DNA from: an uncultured bacterium
GTDB taxonomy: Bacteria; Hydrogenedentota; CAZGCA01
Reading direction: 5' to 3'
NCBI GenBank assembly: GCA_964524145.1
Contig: CAZGCA010000019.1
Span: 4,133 to 68,132 of the forward strand
Length of the DNA: 64,000 bases
This document shows, piece by piece, positions 28,901 through 37,200 of the stretch (position 1 is its first letter; each line of letters opens with the position of its first letter). The position numbers and the translations under genes are program-made. Below the pieces are notes generated by a model. The model was not told the origin of the DNA. It did no database searches and saw nothing but the letters and a program-made list of their open reading frames with translations.

Positions 28901-31643
28901 TGGAAACGGTGTGGGCACGCCGGGCGCGTCGCTGGGCGCGGTGGGCGCGGACGGCAGCCGTGCATCGAGCATGATCCTGGGGTTGGGCTCGAACGCGGGC
29001 AACACGGTGAGCTGGTTCACGGTGAGCGCGCCGGTATCGATAGATCCCGGCGAAGACATTCCCAGCCCATTGTTCGCGGAGACGACGGGCCGCGCGCTGA
29101 CCGCAGAGGACACGGCGTGGATAGAGGTGAAGACACCGACGTACGACAGTGGCGAGCTGGCCGACTCGGAGTATTCGGAGTTCCAGAAGCAGGCGGAGAT
29201 GGCGGGCCCGATCGCTCCGGGCAGCTCGGAGTCTGTCGGTGAGGAGAAAGTGCGGTTCGAGTGGGCCCAGACCGATCTGGACCCGTACCTGAGCTTCGAC
29301 ACCTCAGGCACGTACAAGGTGTACTACTTCCTGAGAGACGGGACAACAGGCCAGGTGAGTTCGTACCTGGTGACGAACATCTACGTCTCGCTGGCGGACA
29401 ACCAGCCGCCGCAGGCGGTGACGCTGGCGTACCCGGGCGAAGGGGCAGTGTTGAAGAGCACGATATTCTTTGTCTGGGGAGAGAGCAGCGACCCGGAGGG
29501 CGACGCGATAACGTACCGGCTCGAGGTGGCTGAGGACAGCGGGTTCACGACCGGTCTGATAGTCAAGGACGGTATTGCCGGCACGGTGACGCAACTCACC
29601 GCTGCGGACGGCATCGAGGATCTCACGGGCTACTACTGGCGCGTGATCCCGGTGGACACGTACGGAGCGAGCCCGGCGACCAATACGGTTCGCGCGTTCA
29701 GTGTAAACAAGGCCAATCCGGACCTGCAAGGCCTGATAACGGGTACGGTGAAGGATTCGGCGACGGGCGATGCCATTGCAGGTGCGAGCATCACGCTGAC
29801 GCCGGGCTCCCATCCCCTCACGACCTCGACGACGCAGGGAGTGTACTATTTCGCGAACCTCTCGCCGGGACTGTACACGGTAGACGCCTCGGCTTCGGGC
29901 TATTACGATGAGAGTGACGCTGCGAACGTGCCGACGGGCGGTCATGCCGAGGTGAATTTCGAGCTGGCCCTCGAGAGCAACCCGCCAGCGTGTGCTACGA
30001 TACCCGACGTGAGCTTCGATGAAGACGGCACCGACACGAGCATTGATCTCGACGACTATGTGTCCGATGCGGACAACACGGATGCGGAGCTGAGTTGGAC
30101 GTACTCGGGCGCGACGAACGTGACGGTATCGATCCGCTCGACGACCCATATAGTGACGCTCGGTGCCGCGGCGAACTGGTACGGCACCGAGACGATAACG
30201 TTCACCTGTACCGATACCGGCGGATTGTCGGACAGCACCGACGTGGTCGTAACAGTAGACTCCGTCAACGACGATCCGTGGATAGATCCTGCACTACCGA
30301 ATCTGGCTGTGGAGGCGGATGTGGGTCTGCCATACGATCTGACGCAGCACGAACACGATATCGAGGACAGCGACACCGGGCTCATCTGGTCAATCAACGG
30401 TGTCAGCACATCGTTGTTCGATGCCACAATCGATGAGGCCACCGACGAGCTGACCGTCACGCCTGTACCCGGCGCGGAGGGCAGCGATTCCGTGCAGCTT
30501 GTGGTGCAGGATAGCGAGGGTGCCGCGGCGTCGCAGTGGCTCACGGTAACGGTGGCGCAGGACACGGACGACGACGGTATGCCCGACACCTGGGAACGTG
30601 AGCACGGACTGGACACGGGGAGCAACGACGCGTCACAAGACGCCGACGGCGACGGGCTGACCAACCTCGAGGAATACGGTGCCGGCACCGATCCGCAGGA
30701 GGCTGACAGCGACGACGACGGGTACACCGACAAGGAGGAAGTCGATCATGGCACCGATCCCAACGACGAGACGGATACGCCCGCACCCCGGCTGGCGAAC
30801 GTCACGATCGAGCCGCAGGATCCGCACGTGTACACGAGCATACCGGTAACGTTCACGGTCACGGGCGAGATGGACGATGGGGCCACGGCCGATTTGAGCG
30901 CCGCGACGGTGACCTGGGCTGTGGTGTCGGGCGTTGGTGATATCGACCCGGATACAGGCATCTTCGAGAGCGATACGGAGGGCGCAGCAGAAATCTCGGT
31001 TACGGTAGAGTTGGATGGCGTGACGCGGAGCGACACGGTATCGTTCGAGGTCGAGAGCAAATCCGTCCTGACAGTCGGGTCGGATGACATTCAAGGGGAC
31101 GAGCCCGTCTCCATTGCAGTGACGCTGACCTCTGGTGCCATCGATGTTGCCGAGATAGAGTTTACGCTGGTGATAGACTCGCAGGTGGTCGAGGTTGTGA
31201 GCATTGTCGCAGGCGCGCAGGCGGACACTGGCGGCAAGACCGTAGAAGTCTCGCAGGTGGACGCCAACCATCACGATGTCGCTGTTGGTGGAAACAGTGC
31301 AGTGCTGGCCGACGGCGAGATCGTGGTGATCATGCTGGGAGCGGCCGCGAGCGGCGAAATCGGTCACTGCTCTTCGATCGAGCTGCAGGACACGGCGTGC
31401 TACGATCCCGCTGGCGGCGCAGTCCCTGCCGTTGGCATTGGCGGTCGGTGCTGCCTGACGGTGGCATACCTCGCGTGCGACGTCGACGGCAACGGATTCG
31501 TCAACGCTCTGGACGTCCAACTCGTCATCAACGCCGCGCTGGGCGAAGACGTCTCTTGGGACTGCGATGTCGACGGTAACGGGTTCGTCAACGCCCTGGA
31601 CGTCCAACTCGTCATCAACGCCGCGCTGGGGATCGATACGTAG
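22923..31643 (+). CDS. Giant (2906 aa) secreted multi-domain surface protein: 14 FG-GAP repeats, Ig-like domains, clan-CD caspase-fold peptidase domain, CarboxypepD_reg-like/FN3/cadherin-like domains, TSP3-like Ca-binding repeats, cohesin-like domain, C-terminal dockerin
   Basis: Signal/anchor 'LLVVIAIVLVVAASGVVL'. 14 copies of 'FGYSVSGAGDVNGDGYADVIVGA' (FG-GAP). Legumain-like dyad 'IIFADHGS' and 'VFIYGACHSGSC'. 'VNDDP' Ig-like module. 'DTDDDGMPD...DADGDGLTN...DSDDDGYTD'. C-terminal duplicated 'CDVDGNGFVNALDVQLVINAALG' (dockerin type-I-like). Confidence 0.85.
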   Translation: MAERQRLLVVIAIVLVVAASGVVLRVGRHAGVEPRRAPAVVTAGRLDEDALQQTSWWAEAQENVRESEYAVTRQERSVVEGKPGGLHAANRAQNLRAYFRRDGVEVVPRTGDSAAWEWRWKLSSYGRSDNTIPVGEVEPTHERDRVEYDRPGITEWYKNTEEGIEQGFTIPERLQGDGRLVIEGIVGASLHAVSPDSGDRVRFLDGNNVEVLRYSSLKAFDAIGRELPAVMQLARNTVQLVVDDTNAIYPVTVDPIMTSPQWIAGSNQWDANSGWSVSGAGDVNGDGYSDIIVGAYQYDNGQADEGAAFVFLGSESGIVGGPPADAEAVLESNQANAYFGYSVSCAGDVNGDGYSDVIVGAAGQAYDIYDFSPSMTYSYGAYDNGEANEGGAFVFLGSPSGIVGSSPGDAAAVLESNQPYAFFGWSVSGAGDVNGDGYADVIVGAHRYDQGQTDEGGAFVFLGSASGIVGSSPADAAAVLESNQAYAYLGWSVSYAGDVNGDGYADVIVGAYQYDHAQTDEGSAFVFLGSVSGIVGTNPGNAATALESDNEAAQFGYSVSGAGDVNGDGYADVIVGSPYDEYNPVDPYEVLIGRAFVYLGNSSGLETGPVWTAQGVDKECFAWAVSTAGDINGDGCADVIVGAPVRNAFHGPEDPVPAGRVLAYLGNSSGVSADPVWSVESDTEEAMLGYSVSSAGDVNGDGYSDIIVGAPLHSITKSNEGGALVFHGGCEPPAARPVWRIEDFVASDNYGAAVAALGDINGDGYDDVTVGDPAFPNSDPSSEGAGRVYVYLGNNTGLESGPVWSAPGGSSGSAVGGAVSGAGDVDGDGHPELIIGDPGFDNRGRVLVYGWNGSDLSPVWSAEGVEAEAEFGASVAGVGDVDGDGYADVLVGAPLYDDGLSDQGRVFAYFGSPTGLSTSAKWVASPAQAGARFGTSVAGAGDVNGDGYADVIIGAPFCDGAYPNVGRACVYLGSAAGLPDSPAWTVDGEQEDAQFGSRVTGVGDVNGDGYDDVLVAAPLYDGIFFDGGRIFLYLGNASGISSTPVSEQDGAQEDSQLGASVAGVGDVSGDALADVLVGEPGYELPPEYEGGPMQVNGRTVLFEGSPEGLSSAPTWTCEAGAYYDMGHAVSGAGDMNGDGALDMLVGVSGDSPHLLNGYVRYFIGNGGDGPEPKPGITQQSGDPVGAPGIVVDDGGIRLVMAGKVPLGRAAVRLEWEIEPYGTTFDGLEIRTSDPWHDSGLLGYPFDRLITGLGDAHGFRVRMRLLYAPLEVLQPGITPPPNPSHSPWFYPCWATVGPSDFRASGYRPPTDPGTVVVTQTALSTVDDIQCTVDASSTSPAVPPQPVQYEFLWSNGETSVVHVSSSLTDTLDASETRKHETWTCTVRAWDGVQYSHGASSDTAPQIDNTAPSQATLDWVRGSGAEPYEYGPLDTVQIQITDYYDADNDLLVPEFTWEYYRGGTWNSPDSTNVSSTTLSSWIESGIPQEGDVWKCTVRMYDGEAWSGSSSLEATILETGVDELLMTIAVTPQSVTLGEGVTITGGVSPSADVAISFKSKELGSSGFSRSFPQGVTASSGAFSKFFLPDAASEGRSDWEVRAEFNGDAYYRPATSNEASFAVAKAEPELELDLSHATALVNLGNAESFAATATLSVDGFPTELKPLLSGKTIRLSVSDPDGQTPYDPIEKTTDSDGEVVLTAQDFRDAWDPSDTDGIFMESGVWKFKAEFAGDDNFTLASTPDYDETDARLIVKEGAGYAILVLGRLDQTAEGHDAHAKTTDYIYRTLVDRAFDPSDIYYMREYLGDEKESSDIEVDDESPTKADVQYAIETWAYDAIFDSPATFYIIFADHGSVDKFHLWSSENTEDDDQYLTPNELDGYVDLLETQLGTDPEIVFIYGACHSGSCIPTLSASNRVLITSCAEDEISYRGVDSDPTDGSDVRDGEFFLMELFRNAGAGRSFEESFELASAKTVEYTASKSNGALADEPQHPLLDDDGNGVGTPGASLGAVGADGSRASSMILGLGSNAGNTVSWFTVSAPVSIDPGEDIPSPLFAETTGRALTAEDTAWIEVKTPTYDSGELADSEYSEFQKQAEMAGPIAPGSSESVGEEKVRFEWAQTDLDPYLSFDTSGTYKVYYFLRDGTTGQVSSYLVTNIYVSLADNQPPQAVTLAYPGEGAVLKSTIFFVWGESSDPEGDAITYRLEVAEDSGFTTGLIVKDGIAGTVTQLTAADGIEDLTGYYWRVIPVDTYGASPATNTVRAFSVNKANPDLQGLITGTVKDSATGDAIAGASITLTPGSHPLTTSTTQGVYYFANLSPGLYTVDASASGYYDESDAANVPTGGHAEVNFELALESNPPACATIPDVSFDEDGTDTSIDLDDYVSDADNTDAELSWTYSGATNVTVSIRSTTHIVTLGAAANWYGTETITFTCTDTGGLSDSTDVVVTVDSVNDDPWIDPALPNLAVEADVGLPYDLTQHEHDIEDSDTGLIWSINGVSTSLFDATIDEATDELTVTPVPGAEGSDSVQLVVQDSEGAAASQWLTVTVAQDTDDDGMPDTWEREHGLDTGSNDASQDADGDGLTNLEEYGAGTDPQEADSDDDGYTDKEEVDHGTDPNDETDTPAPRLANVTIEPQDPHVYTSIPVTFTVTGEMDDGATADLSAATVTWAVVSGVGDIDPDTGIFESDTEGAAEISVTVELDGVTRSDTVSFEVESKSVLTVGSDDIQGDEPVSIAVTLTSGAIDVAEIEFTLVIDSQVVEVVSIVAGAQADTGGKTVEVSQVDANHHDVAVGGNSAVLADGEIVVIMLGAAASGEIGHCSSIELQDTACYDPAGGAVPAVGIGGRCCLTVAYLACDVDGNGFVNALDVQLVINAALGEDVSWDCDVDGNGFVNALDVQLVINAALGIDT

Positions 31644-31898
31644 TGTGATACCGGATCCGGATACGGGCCCGGTGAGTTGTTCTTTCTGTTCCGGGGTTTC
31701 TTGGTAGCCGCCTTGACCGGCTTGTTTGCCATCCCTCTGCGCGCTCACCCGGAGTCGTGTGAGTTTCCTGAGTTTTCCCGCTGTTGTGTGTTGTGGTATC
31801 CTATAGCGTCTAATAACGGGTACAGTTTCCGGTCATCGCTGTTCAGGTGAGCAAGTAAAGGAAACGCGCACGCGCCGCGCAGGAGGATGTCCGCGAAA

Positions 31899-32858
31899 AT
31901 GCGGGTTCTTGTCACCGGAGGCGAAAGCTTCCTGGGCGAACACGTTGTCAAGCGCCTTCGAGAGGAACACGATCTCGCGACGTGTCCCCGCGGCATGACG
32001 GGCGAGCCGGACAAGCTGGCCGCAGCGGCAGAGGGCCGGGACGTTATCGTCCATCTGGACATATTGTTGCGCGCATGGGTGCCGGACCCGGAACAGTATC
32101 GCCGGGTCAACATCGAGGGGTTGAGAAACGTTGTCGACAGCGCGAGACGAGCCGGCGTGGGACGGGTGGTGTACGTCTCAACGTTTCTGGCATTAGGGCC
32201 GACATCCTGGAAGCCGGCGGCGGAGTTGCCCGAGACCAGGGAGACGTTTCTGGGCGAGTGCGATGCGTCGCTCTGGGAAGCGCTACGGTTGATCGACGAG
32301 ACTGAGGACCCTTGTGTTGTCACGCTCATCCCGACGATGGTCTACGGACCCGGCAAGTTGGGCGTGGAGAACCATCTGGGCAGGCTCATGTGGCGGGCGA
32401 TGCGCGGCAGGGTTCGGACGATTATCGGCACCGGGTATCAAATGTGGAACTTCGTGTATGTCGAGGACGTTGCAGAGGCGTGCGCGGCAGCGCTAAGGAA
32501 AGGGAGTTGTGGCGCGAAGTACGTGATAGGCGGCGAGAATGTCCGACTGAGCGAGTTCTTTAATCTGCTCGGGAAGCTCGCCATGAGTCTGCCGCCGGAA
32601 CGGACGGTTCCGGTACGGGCAACGCTTAAGGTGGCCCGGTTTCACATGTTTCTGGCGAAGCTGTTCAGGTTCGAGCCGCTGATTGTGCCGGCTTTGCTGA
32701 AGGTGTATGATCATAATTGGGCGTTCGATTCGACGAGGGCCGAGAAGGAACTTGGCGTCAAGGGAAGGCCCCTGCTGGATGGTCTGGTTCCGACCGTGAG
32801 ATACTACGAGCAAACAAAGCGTGCCAACCGCATCGGGAAGAAGAGACGACAAGGGTGA
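31899..32858 (+). CDS. NAD-dependent epimerase/dehydratase (extended SDR) family protein
   Basis: 'MRVLVTGGESFLG' Rossmann motif. Second ATG chosen because it sits 12 nt after the AGGAGG RBS. Confidence 0.7.
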   Translation: MRVLVTGGESFLGEHVVKRLREEHDLATCPRGMTGEPDKLAAAAEGRDVIVHLDILLRAWVPDPEQYRRVNIEGLRNVVDSARRAGVGRVVYVSTFLALGPTSWKPAAELPETRETFLGECDASLWEALRLIDETEDPCVVTLIPTMVYGPGKLGVENHLGRLMWRAMRGRVRTIIGTGYQMWNFVYVEDVAEACAAALRKGSCGAKYVIGGENVRLSEFFNLLGKLAMSLPPERTVPVRATLKVARFHMFLAKLFRFEPLIVPALLKVYDHNWAFDSTRAEKELGVKGRPLLDGLVPTVRYYEQTKRANRIGKKRRQG

Positions 32859-32909
32859 ACCGTTCGGCAAGCGATTCGCCGGACATCGAGAAGACGTGAG
32901 GTTGAAAAC

Positions 32910-33797
32910 ATGTTAACCGACAACATTCTGGATCTTATCGGCAACACACCGCTTGTCCAGCTCAAAGGCGAGCGAGTGTTTGCCAAGGCGGAGTTTCTCA
33001 ACCCGGGGGGCAGCATCAAGGACCGTGTTGCGCTGGGGATGCTCGAGGGTGCGGCCCGGGACGGCAAGCTCTCGGCGGACTCGATCATCACCGAGCCGAC
33101 CTCCGGCAACACGGGCATCGGCGTGGCACTCGTCGGGCTGCTCAAAGGGTACCGTGTGCGGATCGTCATGCCCGAAGGAATGAGCGAGGAACGCAAGAAA
33201 CTGATCCGCGCTCTCGGCGCGGAGCTTGTTCTCACGCCCGACCGAGACGGTATCGCGGGTGCGGTGCGCAGAGTTGAAGAGATGGCCGCAGCCGATCCGC
33301 ACATCTACGTGCCCCAGCAGTTCGAGAACCCGGACAACCCGCGGGTCCATTACGAGGAGACGGCACACGAACTCTGGCGGCAGATGTCCGGCGAGATAGC
33401 GTGCTTTGTGGCGGGCGTCGGCAGCGGCGGGACGCTGCAGGGTGTCGGGAAGTTTCTTAAGGAACGCAGGACGGACGTGCGTATCGTTGCCGTCGAACCC
33501 AAGAACGTGTCGGCACTGCTCGGCCACGAACCCGGCCTCCACCAGATACAGGGGATAGGCGACGGATTCGTCCCTTCTGTGCTCGACGTCTCGCTGATAG
33601 ACGAGGTTATCGAAGTCACGGACGAGGACGCCATCGAGACCACCCGACAGCTCGGCCGCGAGTGCGGGCTGCTGGTCGGCATCTCGTCCGGCGCAAACGT
33701 CTGGGCGGCTCGACAGTTGGCGGACCGAATCGACGGGAATGTTGCGACGGTGTTGCCCGACCGCGCCGAACGATACTTCAGTACAGCGTTGCTCTGA
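32910..33797 (+). CDS. cysK: Cysteine synthase (O-acetylserine sulfhydrylase)
   Basis: 'GNTPLV', PLP-lysine 'PGGSIKDR', 'TSGNTGIG' and 'GIGDGFVP'. 295 aa. Confidence 0.9.
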   Translation: MLTDNILDLIGNTPLVQLKGERVFAKAEFLNPGGSIKDRVALGMLEGAARDGKLSADSIITEPTSGNTGIGVALVGLLKGYRVRIVMPEGMSEERKKLIRALGAELVLTPDRDGIAGAVRRVEEMAAADPHIYVPQQFENPDNPRVHYEETAHELWRQMSGEIACFVAGVGSGGTLQGVGKFLKERRTDVRIVAVEPKNVSALLGHEPGLHQIQGIGDGFVPSVLDVSLIDEVIEVTDEDAIETTRQLGRECGLLVGISSGANVWAARQLADRIDGNVATVLPDRAERYFSTALL

Positions 33798-34089
33798 CGC
33801 CCGTCAGCCGTGACACACATCTCCTGGCCGCTGCGCGAGTGTGATTTCTCCGTGGCGCTCGTCACTGTGGGCCATTATTCACCCGGCACCCGGTGAGATG
33901 TGGGGGCTGCGGTCTCGATGTCGGGGGTGAGGGCATGAACCGCGGCTGCTTGAAGGTACCGACATGGTACAGCGTGTCCTCCGGCAGTGGAATATTCGCG
34001 CCTGTTCTGGACGTTTTGATTACGACCACCACGGCTCGACGAATGATAATCGATTGCCGCAGAAAATGCGGAGTAAGAATTGCAGGAAC

Positions 34090-34118
34090 TTGACAAATCT
34101 GCGCCTGCCTGCTATGAT
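34090..34118 (+). promoter_or_regulatory. Near-consensus sigma70 promoter TTGACA-17-TATGAT driving the second giant gene
   Basis: TTGACA at 34090-34095, 17-nt spacer, TATGAT at 34113-34118. Implies a 5'-UTR of about 170 nt before ATG 34293. Confidence 0.5.
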
Positions 34119-34292
34119 CTTATATAAGAGGGAAGTTCGACCATTGTAAGTGTTGAACGTGGGAGCCATCTAATGAGGCCATCGGCATCCCCGCCGTTGA
34201 CTGCGGCAGGGACGGACAGCCGCCATGACCCTACGCTTCAAGAACCCTTGGCGAAGAGTGCGTCGTGACGGCTATAGAGGGAGGATTCTACC

Positions 34293-37200
34293 ATGAACAG
34301 ACACCCCATTCTGGCTGCTGTTGTCATCGCGCTGTGCCCTGCAGCATTTGCGGACACCTGGTACGTTGACGCCGAGAACAGCTTCCCGATTCAAAGCGGC
34401 AGAAGCTGGACCACGGCGTTTACGGCCATCCAGGCCGGTATCGATGCCGCGTCGGACGGCGATGACGTCATCGTCGCCGAGGGCACGTACGTCGAAAACG
34501 TCAACTTCAACGGGAAGAATATCGTCCTGCAATCGACCGACCCGGCGAACCCCGACGTGGTCGCCAACACTGTCATCGATGGCGAACGGTATAGTTCGGT
34601 GGTGACCTTCTCCGGGGAAGAAGCAGAGGAGTGCGTCCTTTCCGGGTTCACCATCACCTGCGCCGACAGCTATTGGGATTACCGCCGCGGTATCAGCGGA
34701 AACGGGACGCTGGCCACCATCGAAAACAACACGATCTCACACAACTTAGCGATGTCTCTTCACTATTTCTTCGGGGAAGAGACTATGGACAACTACGGCG
34801 GTGGAGTCTGCGATTGCGACGGCATCATCCAGAAAAACACCATCACCCGCAACGCAGCGGGCCATTCTGGTGGCGGGCTCGCTTATTGTGACGGCATCAT
34901 CCGGAACAACACGATCAGCGACAATACCGCGTACGGAGGCGATTGGTTTTACGGGATTGTCGACGGCGGTGGAGGCGCACTCTATTCGTGCAACGGCACG
35001 GTCGAAAACAACATAATCTCGGGCAACTCAGTCGACGGCACTTTTTCGTATGGCGGTTTCGGTGGCGGGCTCTTCGAGTGCGACGGTACCGTACAGAACA
35101 ACGCTATCTGCGATAACTCGGCCTACTATGGTGGTGGGCTCTACAGTTGTGACGGTACCGTCCTGAACAACACCGTCACAAACAACACCGCTCACGGGTA
35201 CGGCGGCGGACTGTATCTCTCCTACGGACTGATAAGCAACTGCATCGTGTGGGCGAACGCTGCACCAGACGGGGCACAGCTTGACAATTGCAGCATGCCG
35301 CGGTATAGCTGCATACAGGATTGGACCGAAGGCGGCACGGGCAACATAGCAGATGACCCCAGATTCATCGATCTATCTGCCGGCGACTACCATTTGCAGC
35401 CCGATTCTCCCTGTATTGATACCGGCAACATTGACGATCTTTATGTTGCTGCCGCCGCCGGTTGCGTCAACGACATTGATGGAGAATGCCGGCTGGCCGG
35501 TGGTTCTGTGGATATAGGCAGTGACGAGCACAATAGTCCCGCAGACACTGACGGCGACCTGCTACCCGACAGCGATGAGATCGCCCTGGGCCTCAGTCCA
35601 TACGACGCGGATACAGACTCCGACGGCTTGATGGATGGATTGGAGCTCTTGCGGAGAACTGATCCATCCTCATACGATACCCCCGCCGGCATGGTGGTTC
35701 TCGCAGGCATCTCCTCGATCCAGGCTGCGCTTTCCCTAGCGTTTCCCTCCGAAACCATTATCGTCTATCCGGGTACCTATTATGAGAACCTCCGTTTCCC
35801 GGGGAAAGACGTCGTCTTGCGTTCGACCGCACCCACCAGCCCCGGCATCGTCGGCTCAACCATCATCGATGCCGGTCGGAACGGTCCTGCCGTCATGTTC
35901 CATGGCACGGAATCGTCCGATTGCGTCTTATCGGGATTCACCATCACAAACGGCACCGCGTCCGAAGGCGGCGGTATCCGCGGGTACGGAACCCTGGCCA
36001 CCATCGAGCACTGTACCATCTCGGGTAACTACTCGGAAGACAATGGCGGTGGCTTGTATGACTGCCGCGGCACCATTCGGAACAACATCATTTCGGACAA
36101 CTCGGCTCGTTATAACGGCGGCGGCCTCTCCCGTTGCGACGGAGCAATCGAGAACAACACCATCTCGGGCAACACCGCCGATTACGAATTCGGCGATGGC
36201 GGCGGGTTGCATAACTGCAGCGGCACTATCCGGAACAACACCATCTCAGAGAACGTGGCCGGAGTGGACGGTGATGGCGGGGGGCTGTTCAGATGCGATG
36301 CATTGATCCTGGGCAACACCATCACTGACAACTGGGCAGAATATGGTGGCGGACTCGCAGACTGCAACGGCACCATACAGAACAATACAATCGCGGGCAA
36401 CTCCGCGGGACGAAACGGCGGAGGGCTAAGCGGATGCGATGATGCCATCCTGAACAACACCATTACAGACAACTCGGCCGCTAATGGCGGCGGGCTCAGC
36501 CGGTGCAATGGCGCAATCCTCAACAATACTATTGCCGGCAACTTTGCCGTGTACGATGGCGGCGGATTGGACGCTTGCAGCGGTGCAATCCTGAACAACA
36601 CGATCGCGGACAACTCTGCCCGTACCGGTGATGGCCTCCATCGCTGCGACGGGTTTATCGCGAACTGTATCATCTGGGGAGACTCCCCCGACAGCGGCCC
36701 GCTTTTCAGTTCCAACATGCCTCTCCATAGCTGTATTCAGAACTGGACTGATGGCGGTGCGGGCAACATCTCCGACGACCCAAGGTTCGTGGACGCGCCC
36801 GGTGGAAACTACCATTTGAGCTCGGACTCGCCCTGCATTGATGCGGGCAGCCTTGGCCATGCTTATCTGCCTGAGTCATGGGTTGGCGACATCGACGGAG
36901 AGTGCCGGTTGGCAGGCAGCTCTATAGATATGGGCAGTGATGAGCAAAACAGCTCTGTGGACAATGATAGCGATTTGCTTCCTGACATCGATGAGACCGC
37001 CTCAGGAAGCGACCCCTACAACCCCGATACGGACGGGGATGGCGTACCTGATGGGTTGGAGGTCTTCCGAGGAACCGACCCGACCGTTTATACGACGGCT
37101 TCGGGCATTTCCGTTCCCGCAGACCTCCCTTCGATACAGACGGCGATCATGGTGGCGTTTCCTGGAGAGCTCATAACCGTCTCCCCGGGAACCTATTACG

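Noticed and set aside
31644-31700. CCGGATCCGG palindrome just after the giant gene stop, considered as a terminator.
   Set aside because: A 10-bp self-complementary core with no loop and no U-tract. More likely an incidental restriction-site-like palindrome.
33875-34149. Short ORFs (60-73 aa) in the cysK / giant-gene spacer.
   Set aside because: Overlapping opposite-strand ORFs in an intergenic region that holds a clear consensus promoter. No RBS, and translations are non-protein-like.
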